Assembly: GCA_050014255.1 (NCBI GenBank)
Contig: JBEKDR010000003.1
Span: forward strand, 20,497 to 84,496
Direction: 5' to 3'
Length of the DNA: 64,000 nt
Origin: Bacteroidales bacterium
GTDB lineage: Bacteria; Bacteroidota; Bacteroidia; Bacteroidales; VadinHA17
Under the pieces are notes generated by a model. It saw nothing but the letters and a program-made list of their open reading frames with translations. It was not told where the DNA came from and made no database searches. The translations under genes and the position numbers were made by a program. Positions 18,555 to 28,189 of this stretch are shown here, piece after piece (positions within the stretch are counted from its first letter, which is position 1; every line of letters starts with the position of its first letter).

Positions 18555-21500
18555 ATGTCAGCCATAAACTTCATTACGCGCCAGACAAGATTTGTTGTCT
18601 GGCTGCTTCTTTTATTACCTCTCAATTTTTTACCGGTTACAGGCCAGAAATATTTTTTTGACAATTATAGCATTAAACAGGGTTTAAGTGAACAGAAAGT
18701 ATATACCCTTCTCCAGGATTCAAAAGATTATATCTGGCTTGGAACAGCAAATGGTCTTTCGCGTTTTGATGGGAAGAAGTTTGAGAATTTCTCCTCCCGT
18801 GACAATCTTGCGTCAGGTGGGGTACAGACGATTTTTAAGGATACATTGGGTTATATCTGGTTTGGTCATTTAAATCCCGGGGGGATTTCACGTTACGATG
18901 GCCGGATCTTTGAACAGGCAGTGTTCGATTCAATAAAAATAACCGGAGACATTACAAGTATTATTCAGATAAATGATAAAATTTGGTTCACCTCTACGAA
19001 TGACGGCGCTATTCAGGCCGATTTTCCGGTAAAAGACATAAAGCATATAAAAGCCAGGCAGTTCAGGGGTAAAGCAGGGCTGAGCGACCGGGTCTTCGGG
19101 GCGGATCTGAAGAGGGACAAATCATATATATGCATAACTGATGTAGGCTTAAGAAAGTACAACGCCGGGGAGAAGAAGTTTGAAAACTACCGGATGCCTC
19201 ATATGACTACCTATTTTAACACCACTTGTCTGCTCGAAGACAGAAAAGGAAATCTCTGGTTCGGAACCGATAAGGGAGGTCTTTATAAATATATTATGTT
19301 GGAAAGCAGAATGGAGGTGATTGACCTCCCGAAAGCAGGGATGACAAGTAACACGGTATCCTGTTTAACCGAGGACAGCAAAGGCCGTATCTGGGTCGGT
19401 ACATTCGGGGGCGGAATCGCTGCTTTTGAAGGAGACAATATGCGTAAGTTTGATGCAAGCAACGGACTGAAGGCTACAAAAATCTATGATATTATTGAAG
19501 ATGTTGAGGGCAATATTCTCATCGCTGACACAGATAACGGGCTTACAATTTTTAAGGGTGATGCATTTGAAATAATTAACGATAAAGAGATTCTCCCCGA
19601 TCCAAACGTAAATGCAATTTTCCAGGATAAAACAGGGGCAATGTGGTTCGGGACAAATGCAGGAATTGCACGTTATTATTCAGGATCCGGGGGAAAAGCT
19701 ATGTATTTTAATCAAGCTAAGAGTGCACTTCCGGAAGACATCAGGTATTTCAGAGAAGACAAGGATGAAAATTTATGGATCGGAACATACAATGATGGAG
19801 TTATGCTTTACAACATAAAAACTTCAAAATTTGAAACACAACCATATATCAACTCATACATCAACTCAAATCTCAACGTGAGCGGACAGGTAAAGGCTAT
19901 GGAGATAGACAATCAAAATAATCTTTGGATAGGAACTTTAAACGGACTCGTCGTAGGCACTATTAATGGGCAAAATTTTCAGAAATATAATTTCATGGAC
20001 AGCTTAATAGTCGAAGACATATCATCTCTTTATTGTGATCAGAAAGGGGACATGTGGATCGGGACTAAGAGTATGGGAGGAGAGAAGAAGCCCGGTCTTA
20101 TAAAATTTAATTCTTCAAAAAAAGATTTTAAACGGGTTCCGGCTTTATCGGGTATTATACCCAAGACAATGGTAATGGACGCCAAAGGAATTTTGTGGAT
20201 CGGGACAAGCGAAGGGCTGAAAGCATTCAGAAACGATTCCATTGTTCTGAGTATCACGCAGAATGACGGACTTCTTTCAAATATTATAAACCTGCTTACA
20301 GTAGGGGAAGATGGCAGCATTTATATAGGCACTAATAATGGACTGAACAGGTATTTTCCTGAAAGCAAAAGAATCTTTTCTTACACTGAAAGAAATGGTT
20401 TTACAGGTATTGAAACCAAACCAAATGCTGTTTTTAATAGCCTTCAGGGGGACTTGTGGTTTGGAACAGCGAATGGCGCAATAAATCTAAAACCATCTGA
20501 AACATCGACCCGGAATCTTGAGCCCCTCACTCATATAATGGGCATTCGGGTCAATTATGAACCACGTGAAATGACCTCCGGTCTGAAGTTAAATTATAAT
20601 GAGAAATCTGTTTTATTCGACTATTACAGCATTTGTCTCACAAATCCGGATGTTGTAAGATATAGAGTGAAACTTGAAGGAGCAGACGTAGACTGGCAAC
20701 CTGTAACTGACCGGACCAGGGCAATATATTCAGCTTTGCCTCCCGGTAAATATACCTTTAATGTAATTGCCAGTAATAGTCAGGGAATCTGGAACAGCAA
20801 GCCAGTAACTTTTCATTTTATGATCAGACAAACAATTTATCAGACAAGGTGGTTTATTATCTTATCTGTTGTTTTAATAGTAGTAATTTTGGTAATGTAT
20901 ATTAAAATCAGGCAACAGAATCTGATAAAAGAGAAAATAATTCTGGAGCAAAAGGTGAAAGAAAGAACAGAAGAGGTGGTTCAGAAAAGCATGGAAATCG
21001 AAGAGAAAAACAGGGATATAACCGCAAGTATAAGATATGCCGAGCGTATACAGAGGGCAATGCTTCCAAGGGAAGATACTTTCAAGGAGACTTTTGTTCT
21101 TTTCATGCCTAAAGATATTGTTAGCGGAGATTTTTACTGGATGTACGATAATGGCGACTGGCAATTTATAGCCGTGGTCGACTGTACCGGGCATGGCGTT
21201 CCGGGAGCCTTTATGTCAATTATTGGTCATAACTCTCTGAATAAAGTTGTAAGAGAATACGGCCTAACCCGGCCTTCAGCAATCATCGACCAGCTCAATA
21301 ATGAGGTTATGAAGGCACTTATGCAACGACACGAAAAAGCAATAACCGATGGGATGGATCTTGCTCTGATAGCTTTCAACAGGAAAAATTTTACGCTTGA
21401 ATTCGCCGGAGCATTTAATCCGTTGTATGTTGTCAGAAAAGGAGAAGTATTTCTTTATCGAGGTGACAGATATCCGATTGGCATGACATCAATGGTTGAG

Positions 21501-21764
21501 AGGAAAAACTTTACCAACCAGGCTGTGGATATACAACCGGGAGATATGCTATATATGTGTTCCGACGGTTATGCTGACCAGTTTGGATCACCTGAAATAA
21601 AGAAATATAAATCGGCGAATGTTAAAAAACTCCTGTCGGAGATATGGAATCTTCCTGTTAATGAGCAAAAAGAGAGACTGGAAAAAGAGATATTGGAATG
21701 GAAAGGTGATCTTGACCAGGTGGACGATATACTTTTTGTTGGTACAAAAATCCCTGAAAATTAG
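18555..21764 (+). CDS. Membrane sensor: periplasmic two-component-regulator beta-propeller repeats + Y_Y_Y domain, TM helix, coiled coil, cytoplasmic PP2C/SpoIIE-type phosphatase
   Basis: 1069 aa. Repeated WFGT/WIGT propeller blades. Y_Y_Y region RYRVKLEGADVDWQPV...PPGKYTFNV. TM WFIILSVVLIVVILVMYI. SpoIIE pattern SGDFYW...AVVDCTGHGVPGAFMS...CSDGYADQFG. Confidence 0.85.
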   Translation: MSAINFITRQTRFVVWLLLLLPLNFLPVTGQKYFFDNYSIKQGLSEQKVYTLLQDSKDYIWLGTANGLSRFDGKKFENFSSRDNLASGGVQTIFKDTLGYIWFGHLNPGGISRYDGRIFEQAVFDSIKITGDITSIIQINDKIWFTSTNDGAIQADFPVKDIKHIKARQFRGKAGLSDRVFGADLKRDKSYICITDVGLRKYNAGEKKFENYRMPHMTTYFNTTCLLEDRKGNLWFGTDKGGLYKYIMLESRMEVIDLPKAGMTSNTVSCLTEDSKGRIWVGTFGGGIAAFEGDNMRKFDASNGLKATKIYDIIEDVEGNILIADTDNGLTIFKGDAFEIINDKEILPDPNVNAIFQDKTGAMWFGTNAGIARYYSGSGGKAMYFNQAKSALPEDIRYFREDKDENLWIGTYNDGVMLYNIKTSKFETQPYINSYINSNLNVSGQVKAMEIDNQNNLWIGTLNGLVVGTINGQNFQKYNFMDSLIVEDISSLYCDQKGDMWIGTKSMGGEKKPGLIKFNSSKKDFKRVPALSGIIPKTMVMDAKGILWIGTSEGLKAFRNDSIVLSITQNDGLLSNIINLLTVGEDGSIYIGTNNGLNRYFPESKRIFSYTERNGFTGIETKPNAVFNSLQGDLWFGTANGAINLKPSETSTRNLEPLTHIMGIRVNYEPREMTSGLKLNYNEKSVLFDYYSICLTNPDVVRYRVKLEGADVDWQPVTDRTRAIYSALPPGKYTFNVIASNSQGIWNSKPVTFHFMIRQTIYQTRWFIILSVVLIVVILVMYIKIRQQNLIKEKIILEQKVKERTEEVVQKSMEIEEKNRDITASIRYAERIQRAMLPREDTFKETFVLFMPKDIVSGDFYWMYDNGDWQFIAVVDCTGHGVPGAFMSIIGHNSLNKVVREYGLTRPSAIIDQLNNEVMKALMQRHEKAITDGMDLALIAFNRKNFTLEFAGAFNPLYVVRKGEVFLYRGDRYPIGMTSMVERKNFTNQAVDIQPGDMLYMCSDGYADQFGSPEIKKYKSANVKKLLSEIWNLPVNEQKERLEKEILEWKGDLDQVDDILFVGTKIPEN

Positions 21765-21946
21765 ATTCTTGCAATACTTCGCGGATCCTTGTGCCAGCCA
21801 TCTTTTTTCCCAATCAGGCCTATACCGCCACCTCCAAATACAACATCCGTCTTAGCCTGCGCAAGAAGTAATCCAAGACTTGAAGCAGCAGTTGCATAAT
21901 CATCGTCAATCCGGCTGCTCGATGAGGCAAACACACAAACTGTCAT
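21761..21946 (-). pseudogene. N-terminal remnant of a LOG-family (TIGR00730-type) nucleotide phosphoribohydrolase gene
   Basis: MTVCVFASSSSRIDDDYATAASSLGLLLAQAKTDVVFGGGGIGLIG follows the LOG N-terminal pattern. The ORF then degenerates and ends after 61 aa inside the 3' end of the sensor gene, so the PGGxGTxxE motif region is absent. Confidence 0.55.
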
Positions 21947-21950
21947 AACA

Positions 21951-21988
21951 GATTAATAAAAAGGCCGTTTGAGATTACCCGAACGGCC
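21951..21988 (-). terminator. Rho-independent terminator of trxA
   Basis: On the minus strand, stem GGCCGTT/AACGGCC (21982-21988 / 21963-21969) with a 12-nt loop, followed by TTTTTATTAATC. Confidence 0.6.
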
Positions 21989-22008
21989 AGATTAAAAAAC
22001 ATTATTTT

Positions 22009-22335
22009 CTAAATAAGAGCATTTAATTTTACAACAACGTTCTTCTTTGGAACTGCCCCAACCTGTTTGTCAGCTATTTTCCCATCCTTGAAAAAAAGAA
22101 TGGTAGGGATGTTTCTGATACTATATTTTGCCGCAACTGCAGGGCTACTGTCTACATCGCATTTTACCACAATGGCTTTCCCTTCATATTCATGTGAGAT
22201 CTCTTCCATGATCGGAGAAACCATCCTGCAGGGTCCGCACCATTCAGCCCAGAAATCTACAACAACAGGTTTGTCTGATTTAATGACTATTTCGTCGAAG
22301 TTACCATCATTTACCTCTAATTCCATAATAATCAA
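22009..22335 (-). CDS. trxA: Thioredoxin
   Basis: 108 aa. Active site WAEWCGPCRM. Confidence 0.95.
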   Translation of the reverse strand: MIIMELEVNDGNFDEIVIKSDKPVVVDFWAEWCGPCRMVSPIMEEISHEYEGKAIVVKCDVDSSPAVAAKYSIRNIPTILFFKDGKIADKQVGAVPKKNVVVKLNALI

Positions 22336-22375
22336 TATTTTAAGATTTTACCATAATTACCTGCTGCAAAGATAG

Positions 22376-25300
22376 CTAATTAACTTTAAAATCTATTCCG
22401 GGGTGGTCTTCAAGATAAGTAAGTAACTCGTTATTCAGCCTTATCCGGAAAGTTCTTGAAAACATTGGCAGTGATATTTTATCATCGGAATCAAGGAAAA
22501 GAAATTTAAGCTCGGTTTCGCCTTTATGTTCATTTATCAGGTTTTTCAAATCCTTAATCATTTCATTATCGATGTTTTCGGGGTCGATTTTCAGAGTGAC
22601 TGATTTAATAAGTTCATCCTTGACACTTGATAACAGATTAATTGTTTTAATCCTGAATTCAATTTCATCTTCTTTGTACTTCCGTTTCTGTACTCTTCCT
22701 TTTACCAGAAGATAATAGCCGACAATGAAGAACTTGCTGTTTTCGATATAGTCTTTGTCAAATAACATGAACCGGAAGGAATCAGAATAATCCTGCAAGG
22801 TAAATGAGCCGTAAGGTTTCCCGTTTTTCCCTATACCTGTTTTTATGTCAGTCACCATTCCCGCCACAACAACATCACGCTCGAGGTATTCGCGGAGATT
22901 TTGCAGATCGGCCAGTGTTGCTGTTGTAAAAGTGCTAATCTCCAGTTTGAAATCATCAAGAGGATGAGAAGACAGGTAGATACCTATTACCTCTTTTTCC
23001 CTGTTAAGTTTTTCAAGCTTAGGCCAATCGGGGCAAGGGGCCGGTTCCGGCTTTATCATATCAAACCCTCCGGTTTCTCCGAAAAGTGACTGCTGACTTG
23101 AAATCTTAACCGTCTTTGAATTGTTACCGTATCTGATAAGACTTTCTATAAAGCTTGATCCTTTAGTGTCGAGAGAAAAATACTGCGCTCTGGTTATTTT
23201 GGGGAAACAATCAAATGCACCAGCAACTGCCATAGCTTCAAGGTTTTTCTTATTAAGGGAGTTGAGGTTAACTCTTTCAACCAGATCATAAACATCTTTA
23301 TAAAGACCATTCTTCTCTCTTTCTTCAATAAGTTGTAACACCGCACTTTCCCCGACTCCTTTAATTGCCCCCAGTCCGAATCTTATGTTTCCATCCTTAT
23401 TAACTGTGAATTTCACATTGCTTTCGTTCACATCCGGCCCAAGCACTTCCATTCCCATTCTCCGGGTCTCATCCATGAAAGTCGTGATCTTTTTAATATC
23501 ACTTATATTACGGCTGAGTACAGCAGCCATATATTCTGCCGGATAATTGGCTTTCAGATAACCTGTCTGGTAAGCTATAAGGGCATAGCATGTTGAGTGT
23601 GATTTATTAAAAGCATATTGCGCAAAAGCTTCCCAGTCGGACCATATCTTATTTACAACTTCATCATTATAACCCTTTTTTGAACATCCCTCCTGAAACT
23701 TCAGCTTCATTTCATCCATAATGGAACGTTTCTTTTTCCCCATGGCTTTTCTGAGGGAATCAGCTTCGCCTTTTGAAAAACCTGCCAGTTCCTGTGACAG
23801 TAACATCACCTGTTCCTGATAAACAGTTATTCCGTATGTATCGTTAAGATATTTTTCCATTACAGGAATAGGGTAGTCGATCTTCTCCGTACCATGCTTC
23901 CGTCTGATAAATTTTGGGATATATTCCATTGGTCCGGGACGGTAGAGAGCATTCATGGCTATTAAATCTTCCAGCCTGTTAGGTTCCAGATCTCTCAGGT
24001 ATCTTTTCATCCCGGTAGACTCAAATTGGAATATTCCGGTTGTCTCGCCATTGCTGAACAGGTCAAAAGTTTTTTTGTCATCAAGAGGCAATGTGTCAAT
24101 GTCAATCTCTATCCTTTTTGACTTTTTTATATTGCCTACAGCGTCCTTAATTATTGAGAGCGTTTTTAAACCAAGAAAATCCATTTTGAGAAGACCGACC
24201 GACTCAACATGGCTTCCATCATATTGTGTGGCATAGAGATCGGTATCCTTTGCGGTGCAGAGAGGAATATAATTATCAAGAGAATCTTTCCCGATTATTA
24301 TACCACAGGCATGTACGCCCGTTTGCCTTACTGAACCTTCAAGGACTTCCGCATATTTCAGCGTTTGTGCAATAAGTTTATTTGATGATTCTCTTTCCCG
24401 GGCCAATTCCGGCACTTCTGCATATGCTGCTTTAAGCGTGATCCCTGGTCTTTCGGGAACAAGTTTGGCAAGTCTGTCAGCATCTGGTAAGGGTAATTTT
24501 TGTACACGCGCAACATCGCGGATGGCCATTTTTGCTGCCATCGACCCGAAAGTGATTATATGGGCAACCTTGTCGTGTCCGTATTTATTAACAACATATT
24601 TTAGTACTGCCTCTCTTCCATCCTCATCGAAATCGATATCAATATCAGGCATTGAAATACGATCGAGATTCAGAAAACGTTCGAACAGAAGTCCATATTT
24701 GATAGGATCTATATCTGTGATTCTCAGGCAATATGCAACTGCAGATCCGGCAGCTGATCCTCTTCCCGGACCAACAGAAACCCCCATTTCTCTGGCAGCC
24801 CTGAGAAAATCCTGGACTATAAGGAAGTACCCGGGAAATCCCATTTTGGCAACCATTTCCAATTCAAAATCAAGTCGGTCCGTTTGTTCCTTTGTCAAAG
24901 TTCCCCATCTTTCTTTGGCCCCTTTATAGGTAAGAAATCTCAAGTATTGATCTTTGTCGGAATAGCCTTCCGGGAGGTCAAATTCCGGCATAATTGGCTC
25001 ATGATCGAGTTTGTACCTTTCAATTTTAGCAACCAGCAGAGCAACGTTATCAATAGCTTCGGGAATATCGCTGAAAATAGCACGCATCTCTTCTTCACTT
25101 TTCAGAAATTCCTGCTTTGAATATCTTAACCTGTTCGGATCGTCAATATCTTTTGCGGTATTAATGCATATCAGCCTGTCGTGGGCTTCCGCATCTTCTG
25201 CATTTATAAAATGGATATCATTTGTCGCTATAATCCTGACATTGTACTTCAAAGACAACTTTTTAAAAGCTTCAATGACTTTTTGCTGAAGTGGAAAAGC

Positions 25301-25861
25301 AGTTCTGTCTGCATCGGGATCATATGTCTCGTGCCTTTGAATCTCAAGGTAAAAATCATCACCAAAGATGTCAAGATAACTCTTAAGAGCTGCCTCTGCA
25401 CCCGACATTGTGCCATTAAGTATTTCGTCCTGAATCTCTCCTGCCAGACAGGCTGAAGAAGCTATAAGTCCCTCCTTATGCTTGATTAATAGTTCTTTGT
25501 CGATTCGCGGCTTATAATAAAAGCCTTTGATCCAGGCAATTGATACCAGCTTGATAAGATTCTTATATCCAGTCAGGTTTTTAGCAAGGAGGATAAGATG
25601 ATCTCCTGAGCGATCTTCTTTCCCGCTGACATCTTCAATTGATCTCTTAGCAACATAAATCTCACATCCGATTACAGGTTTTATCCCTTTTTTTGTGGCG
25701 CTGTTGTGAAACTCTTTAACCCCGAACATATTGCCGTGATCGGTGATGGCAATAGCCTCCATTCCCAGAGTTTTGACCTTGTCGATAAGTGAACCGATAT
25801 TAGAGGCTCCATCCAGTATAGAGTATTGAGTATGAACGTGTAAATGTGCAAATCCGGCCAT
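22376..25861 (-). CDS. dnaE: DNA polymerase III alpha subunit
   Basis: 1161 aa. PHP domain FAHLHVHTQYSILDGA. Polymerase core motifs (FERFLN..R.SMPDIDIDF, YRPGPM, FNKSHS). Confidence 0.97.
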   Translation of the reverse strand: MAGFAHLHVHTQYSILDGASNIGSLIDKVKTLGMEAIAITDHGNMFGVKEFHNSATKKGIKPVIGCEIYVAKRSIEDVSGKEDRSGDHLILLAKNLTGYKNLIKLVSIAWIKGFYYKPRIDKELLIKHKEGLIASSACLAGEIQDEILNGTMSGAEAALKSYLDIFGDDFYLEIQRHETYDPDADRTAFPLQQKVIEAFKKLSLKYNVRIIATNDIHFINAEDAEAHDRLICINTAKDIDDPNRLRYSKQEFLKSEEEMRAIFSDIPEAIDNVALLVAKIERYKLDHEPIMPEFDLPEGYSDKDQYLRFLTYKGAKERWGTLTKEQTDRLDFELEMVAKMGFPGYFLIVQDFLRAAREMGVSVGPGRGSAAGSAVAYCLRITDIDPIKYGLLFERFLNLDRISMPDIDIDFDEDGREAVLKYVVNKYGHDKVAHIITFGSMAAKMAIRDVARVQKLPLPDADRLAKLVPERPGITLKAAYAEVPELARERESSNKLIAQTLKYAEVLEGSVRQTGVHACGIIIGKDSLDNYIPLCTAKDTDLYATQYDGSHVESVGLLKMDFLGLKTLSIIKDAVGNIKKSKRIEIDIDTLPLDDKKTFDLFSNGETTGIFQFESTGMKRYLRDLEPNRLEDLIAMNALYRPGPMEYIPKFIRRKHGTEKIDYPIPVMEKYLNDTYGITVYQEQVMLLSQELAGFSKGEADSLRKAMGKKKRSIMDEMKLKFQEGCSKKGYNDEVVNKIWSDWEAFAQYAFNKSHSTCYALIAYQTGYLKANYPAEYMAAVLSRNISDIKKITTFMDETRRMGMEVLGPDVNESNVKFTVNKDGNIRFGLGAIKGVGESAVLQLIEEREKNGLYKDVYDLVERVNLNSLNKKNLEAMAVAGAFDCFPKITRAQYFSLDTKGSSFIESLIRYGNNSKTVKISSQQSLFGETGGFDMIKPEPAPCPDWPKLEKLNREKEVIGIYLSSHPLDDFKLEISTFTTATLADLQNLREYLERDVVVAGMVTDIKTGIGKNGKPYGSFTLQDYSDSFRFMLFDKDYIENSKFFIVGYYLLVKGRVQKRKYKEDEIEFRIKTINLLSSVKDELIKSVTLKIDPENIDNEMIKDLKNLINEHKGETELKFLFLDSDDKISLPMFSRTFRIRLNNELLTYLEDHPGIDFKVN

Positions 25862-26076
25862 TGGTGCAAAGAAAATATTCTGTAAGATGAGTACACAAAA
25901 ATACGCAAAATTGAATTAAGATTGGACGAGTCCGGTTATCAATAAAAAAATAATCTATGAAGTATTTTTTACAATTTAATTACTCCATCCCACTTTGCTT
26001 CGCTGACCTTTCTCCGCACACTGTCGCCGAAGCTTCAGCGTAGGCGCAGAGCTATGCGAAAACGAAAAGGGTGTAA

Positions 26077-26161
26077 ATTGATTTTGACTATGTCGAGCTC
26101 GCCGGGGTAATCGAAGAACCGACAACGCGTAGCGGAGGAGCTCGACGAAGTCAAAATCAAT
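26077..26161. repeat. Long imperfect hairpin element (24-bp arms, 37-nt GC-rich loop) upstream of rpsP
   Basis: ATTGATTTTGACT..GTCGAGCTC (26077-26100) pairs with GAGCTCGAC..AGTCAAAATCAAT (26138-26161). A near-palindrome CGCCGAAGCTTCAGCG lies just upstream. Confidence 0.8.
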
Positions 26162-26201
26162 AAATTTGATACAGGATTTCTGATAGTAATAATAAATATT
26201 A

Positions 26202-26209
26202 TATCTTTG
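26202..26209 (+). promoter_or_regulatory. Candidate -7 promoter box (TAnnTTTG) for rpsP-rimM
   Basis: TATCTTTG lies 46 nt upstream of the rpsP ATG. Confidence 0.4.
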
Positions 26210-26254
26210 CAGCCACAATTTTCAAAACAGGTTAAATAAAAAGCGTAAGAATTA

Positions 26255-26851
26255 ATGGCAGTTAAAATCAGATTAGCTAGAAAAGGCCGCAAGAAGCTGG
26301 CCTTCTACCACATTGTGGTTGCAGATAGCAGATCGCCACGGGATGGCAGATATATTGAAAAGATCGGATCGTATAATCCTATCACTAACCCCGCTACAAT
26401 CGAACTCGATTTCGATAGAGCTTTAGGTTGGCTGCAAAATGGCGCATTGCCTACAGATACATGTAGAGCTATCCTGTCTTATAAAGGTGTCCTTATAAAA
26501 AAACATCTTCTTGAAGGTGTTAAAAAAGGTGCGTTTGACGAAGCTGAAGCTACAAAGAGATTCGAAGAGTGGATTAAGCAAAATGAAGCAAAAATTGAAG
26601 CTAAAAAATCTAATCTTGAGAAATCTCAGGATGATGAATTAGGAAAAAGGCTTTCGGTTGAAAAACGTGTGAACGAAGCAAGAGCAGCAAAACATGCCAA
26701 GAGGAATGCAGACCTTGCAGCTAAAGCAGCAGCAGAAGAGAAAGTCGAGGCCATTGCCGAAGAGGTAGCACCGACAGAGGAAATAGCTCAGTCACCCGCT
26801 TCAGAAGAGACTGCATCAGAACCGGTTGCAGAAGATAAGCCTCAGGAGTAA
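26255..26851 (+). CDS. rpsP: 30S ribosomal protein S16 with a long Ala/Glu/Lys-rich C-terminal extension
   Basis: [42 protein letters not shown] is canonical S16. About 110 extra C-terminal residues are low complexity. Confidence 0.95.
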   Translation: MAVKIRLARKGRKKLAFYHIVVADSRSPRDGRYIEKIGSYNPITNPATIELDFDRALGWLQNGALPTDTCRAILSYKGVLIKKHLLEGVKKGAFDEAEATKRFEEWIKQNEAKIEAKKSNLEKSQDDELGKRLSVEKRVNEARAAKHAKRNADLAAKAAAEEKVEAIAEEVAPTEEIAQSPASEETASEPVAEDKPQE

Positions 26852-26879
26852 TTGAGTGGTCATAAGGATCAACGATCCA

Positions 26880-27398
26880 ATGGCTTACAAATGCGATATA
26901 TTACTCGGCAGGATCACCAAAATCAGCGGCTATGAAGGTGCCGTTGCAGTTAAATTAGAGGAAAATTTTATTGAAAATATTCCTCAATTAGAATCGGTCT
27001 TCCTTGAAATTGAAGGAAAACCGGTTCCTTTTTTTATATCCGGGCTGGAATATTCCGGAGCGAATATTTTAAAGCTCTCGTTTCTGGGGTATGATTCTAT
27101 TGAAAAAATAAGTGAATTCATAGGTTGCAGGATTTTTTTAACGTCCGGTATTTATAATGATAAGCTGACAGAGGGTAATGAAAACCTCATTGGGTACAGG
27201 CTATTTGTTCAGGAAGATAAACTCCTCGGATCAATTTCAGAAGTTTTGGAAAATAATGGACAATGGCTTATTAAGGTAATATCAGTAAATAAGAAAGATA
27301 TTCTGATCCCTTTTCATGAACATTTTATTGTCAGTTTTGATAAAGGGGAAAAAGTTATTGTCATGAATATTCCCGAAGGGCTCACCGAGATTAACTGA
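26880..27398 (+). CDS. rimM: 16S rRNA processing protein RimM
   Basis: Position directly after rpsP. ILLGRITKISGYEGAV fits the RimM N-terminus. ATG 26880 is preferred over GTG 26856. Confidence 0.8.
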   Translation: MAYKCDILLGRITKISGYEGAVAVKLEENFIENIPQLESVFLEIEGKPVPFFISGLEYSGANILKLSFLGYDSIEKISEFIGCRIFLTSGIYNDKLTEGNENLIGYRLFVQEDKLLGSISEVLENNGQWLIKVISVNKKDILIPFHEHFIVSFDKGEKVIVMNIPEGLTEIN

Positions 27399-27483
27399 AA
27401 TATTTTTTTCAACTTGTGCAGCTTTTTCTGAAAAAACAGGTCTTTAGATAGTAAAATGTTAATATTCATTAATCCACAACACT

Positions 27484-28188
27484 ATGAAAAGGGGAATTAT
27501 CTTATCTGTATTTATTTTAGCAATATCTGTATCGTCAGGATTTGCCGTCGGACAGCCGGTTGTAAAAGAAACCAGGGATGTTAAAGACTTTACAAAAGTC
27601 AGTTTTGGCGTGGCAGGTAACCTTTACATCAATATTGGTCCTGAATTTAAAGTTGTTCTTGAAGGTGAAAAAAGAGATCTTGAGGACATAATTACTGAAG
27701 TTTCAGGAGGCAGACTTGTAATTAAAAAAGATAACTGGAGATTTAATTTTAATGAAAAGGTTACTGTTTATATTACTATGCCTGAGTTAAAGGGATTAGG
27801 TGTTTCTGGTTCCGGGAAAGCCGAAATAAAAGATGCGGTTAAAGCAGAAGAACTTGATCTGAGTGTCAGCGGGAGCGGCAAAATATTTACCGGTGATGTA
27901 ATTGTTTCAAAGCTTGATTGTAGCATATCAGGATCCGGGGATATAGTTCCCGGCGGAAACGGGACCGCAAACAAAGCCGATATTTCAATCAGCGGATCAG
28001 GTAATTACGAAGGAGAATCATTTAAGATCGGGAATGCTGAAATACACATTTCAGGAAGCGGGAATTGCAGTTGTTATGTTACTGAATCTCTCCGGGCAAG
28101 TGTATCGGGGAGCGGGAATGTAACTTATGGAGGCAATCCTAAAGTTGATGCTCATGTGTCGGGCTCAGGGAAAGTAAGATCCAGATAA
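27484..28188 (+). CDS. Secreted DUF2807 / head-GIN-domain (putative adhesin-like beta-helix) protein
   Basis: Signal peptide. Repeated (V/I)SGSG(K/D/N) rungs roughly every 20-25 aa. Confidence 0.65.
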   Translation: MKRGIILSVFILAISVSSGFAVGQPVVKETRDVKDFTKVSFGVAGNLYINIGPEFKVVLEGEKRDLEDIITEVSGGRLVIKKDNWRFNFNEKVTVYITMPELKGLGVSGSGKAEIKDAVKAEELDLSVSGSGKIFTGDVIVSKLDCSISGSGDIVPGGNGTANKADISISGSGNYEGESFKIGNAEIHISGSGNCSCYVTESLRASVSGSGNVTYGGNPKVDAHVSGSGKVRSR

Positions 28189-28189
28189 A

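Noticed and set aside
24438-24929. The 163-aa antisense ORF inside dnaE, and other long antisense ORFs (8611..8925, 54485..54898, 60235..60552, 60710..61021, 2770..3138, 38059..38376)
   Set aside because: All are embedded antisense in strongly supported genes, have low-complexity Ser/Leu/Ile-rich composition and carry no recognisable motif. They are typical shadow ORFs.
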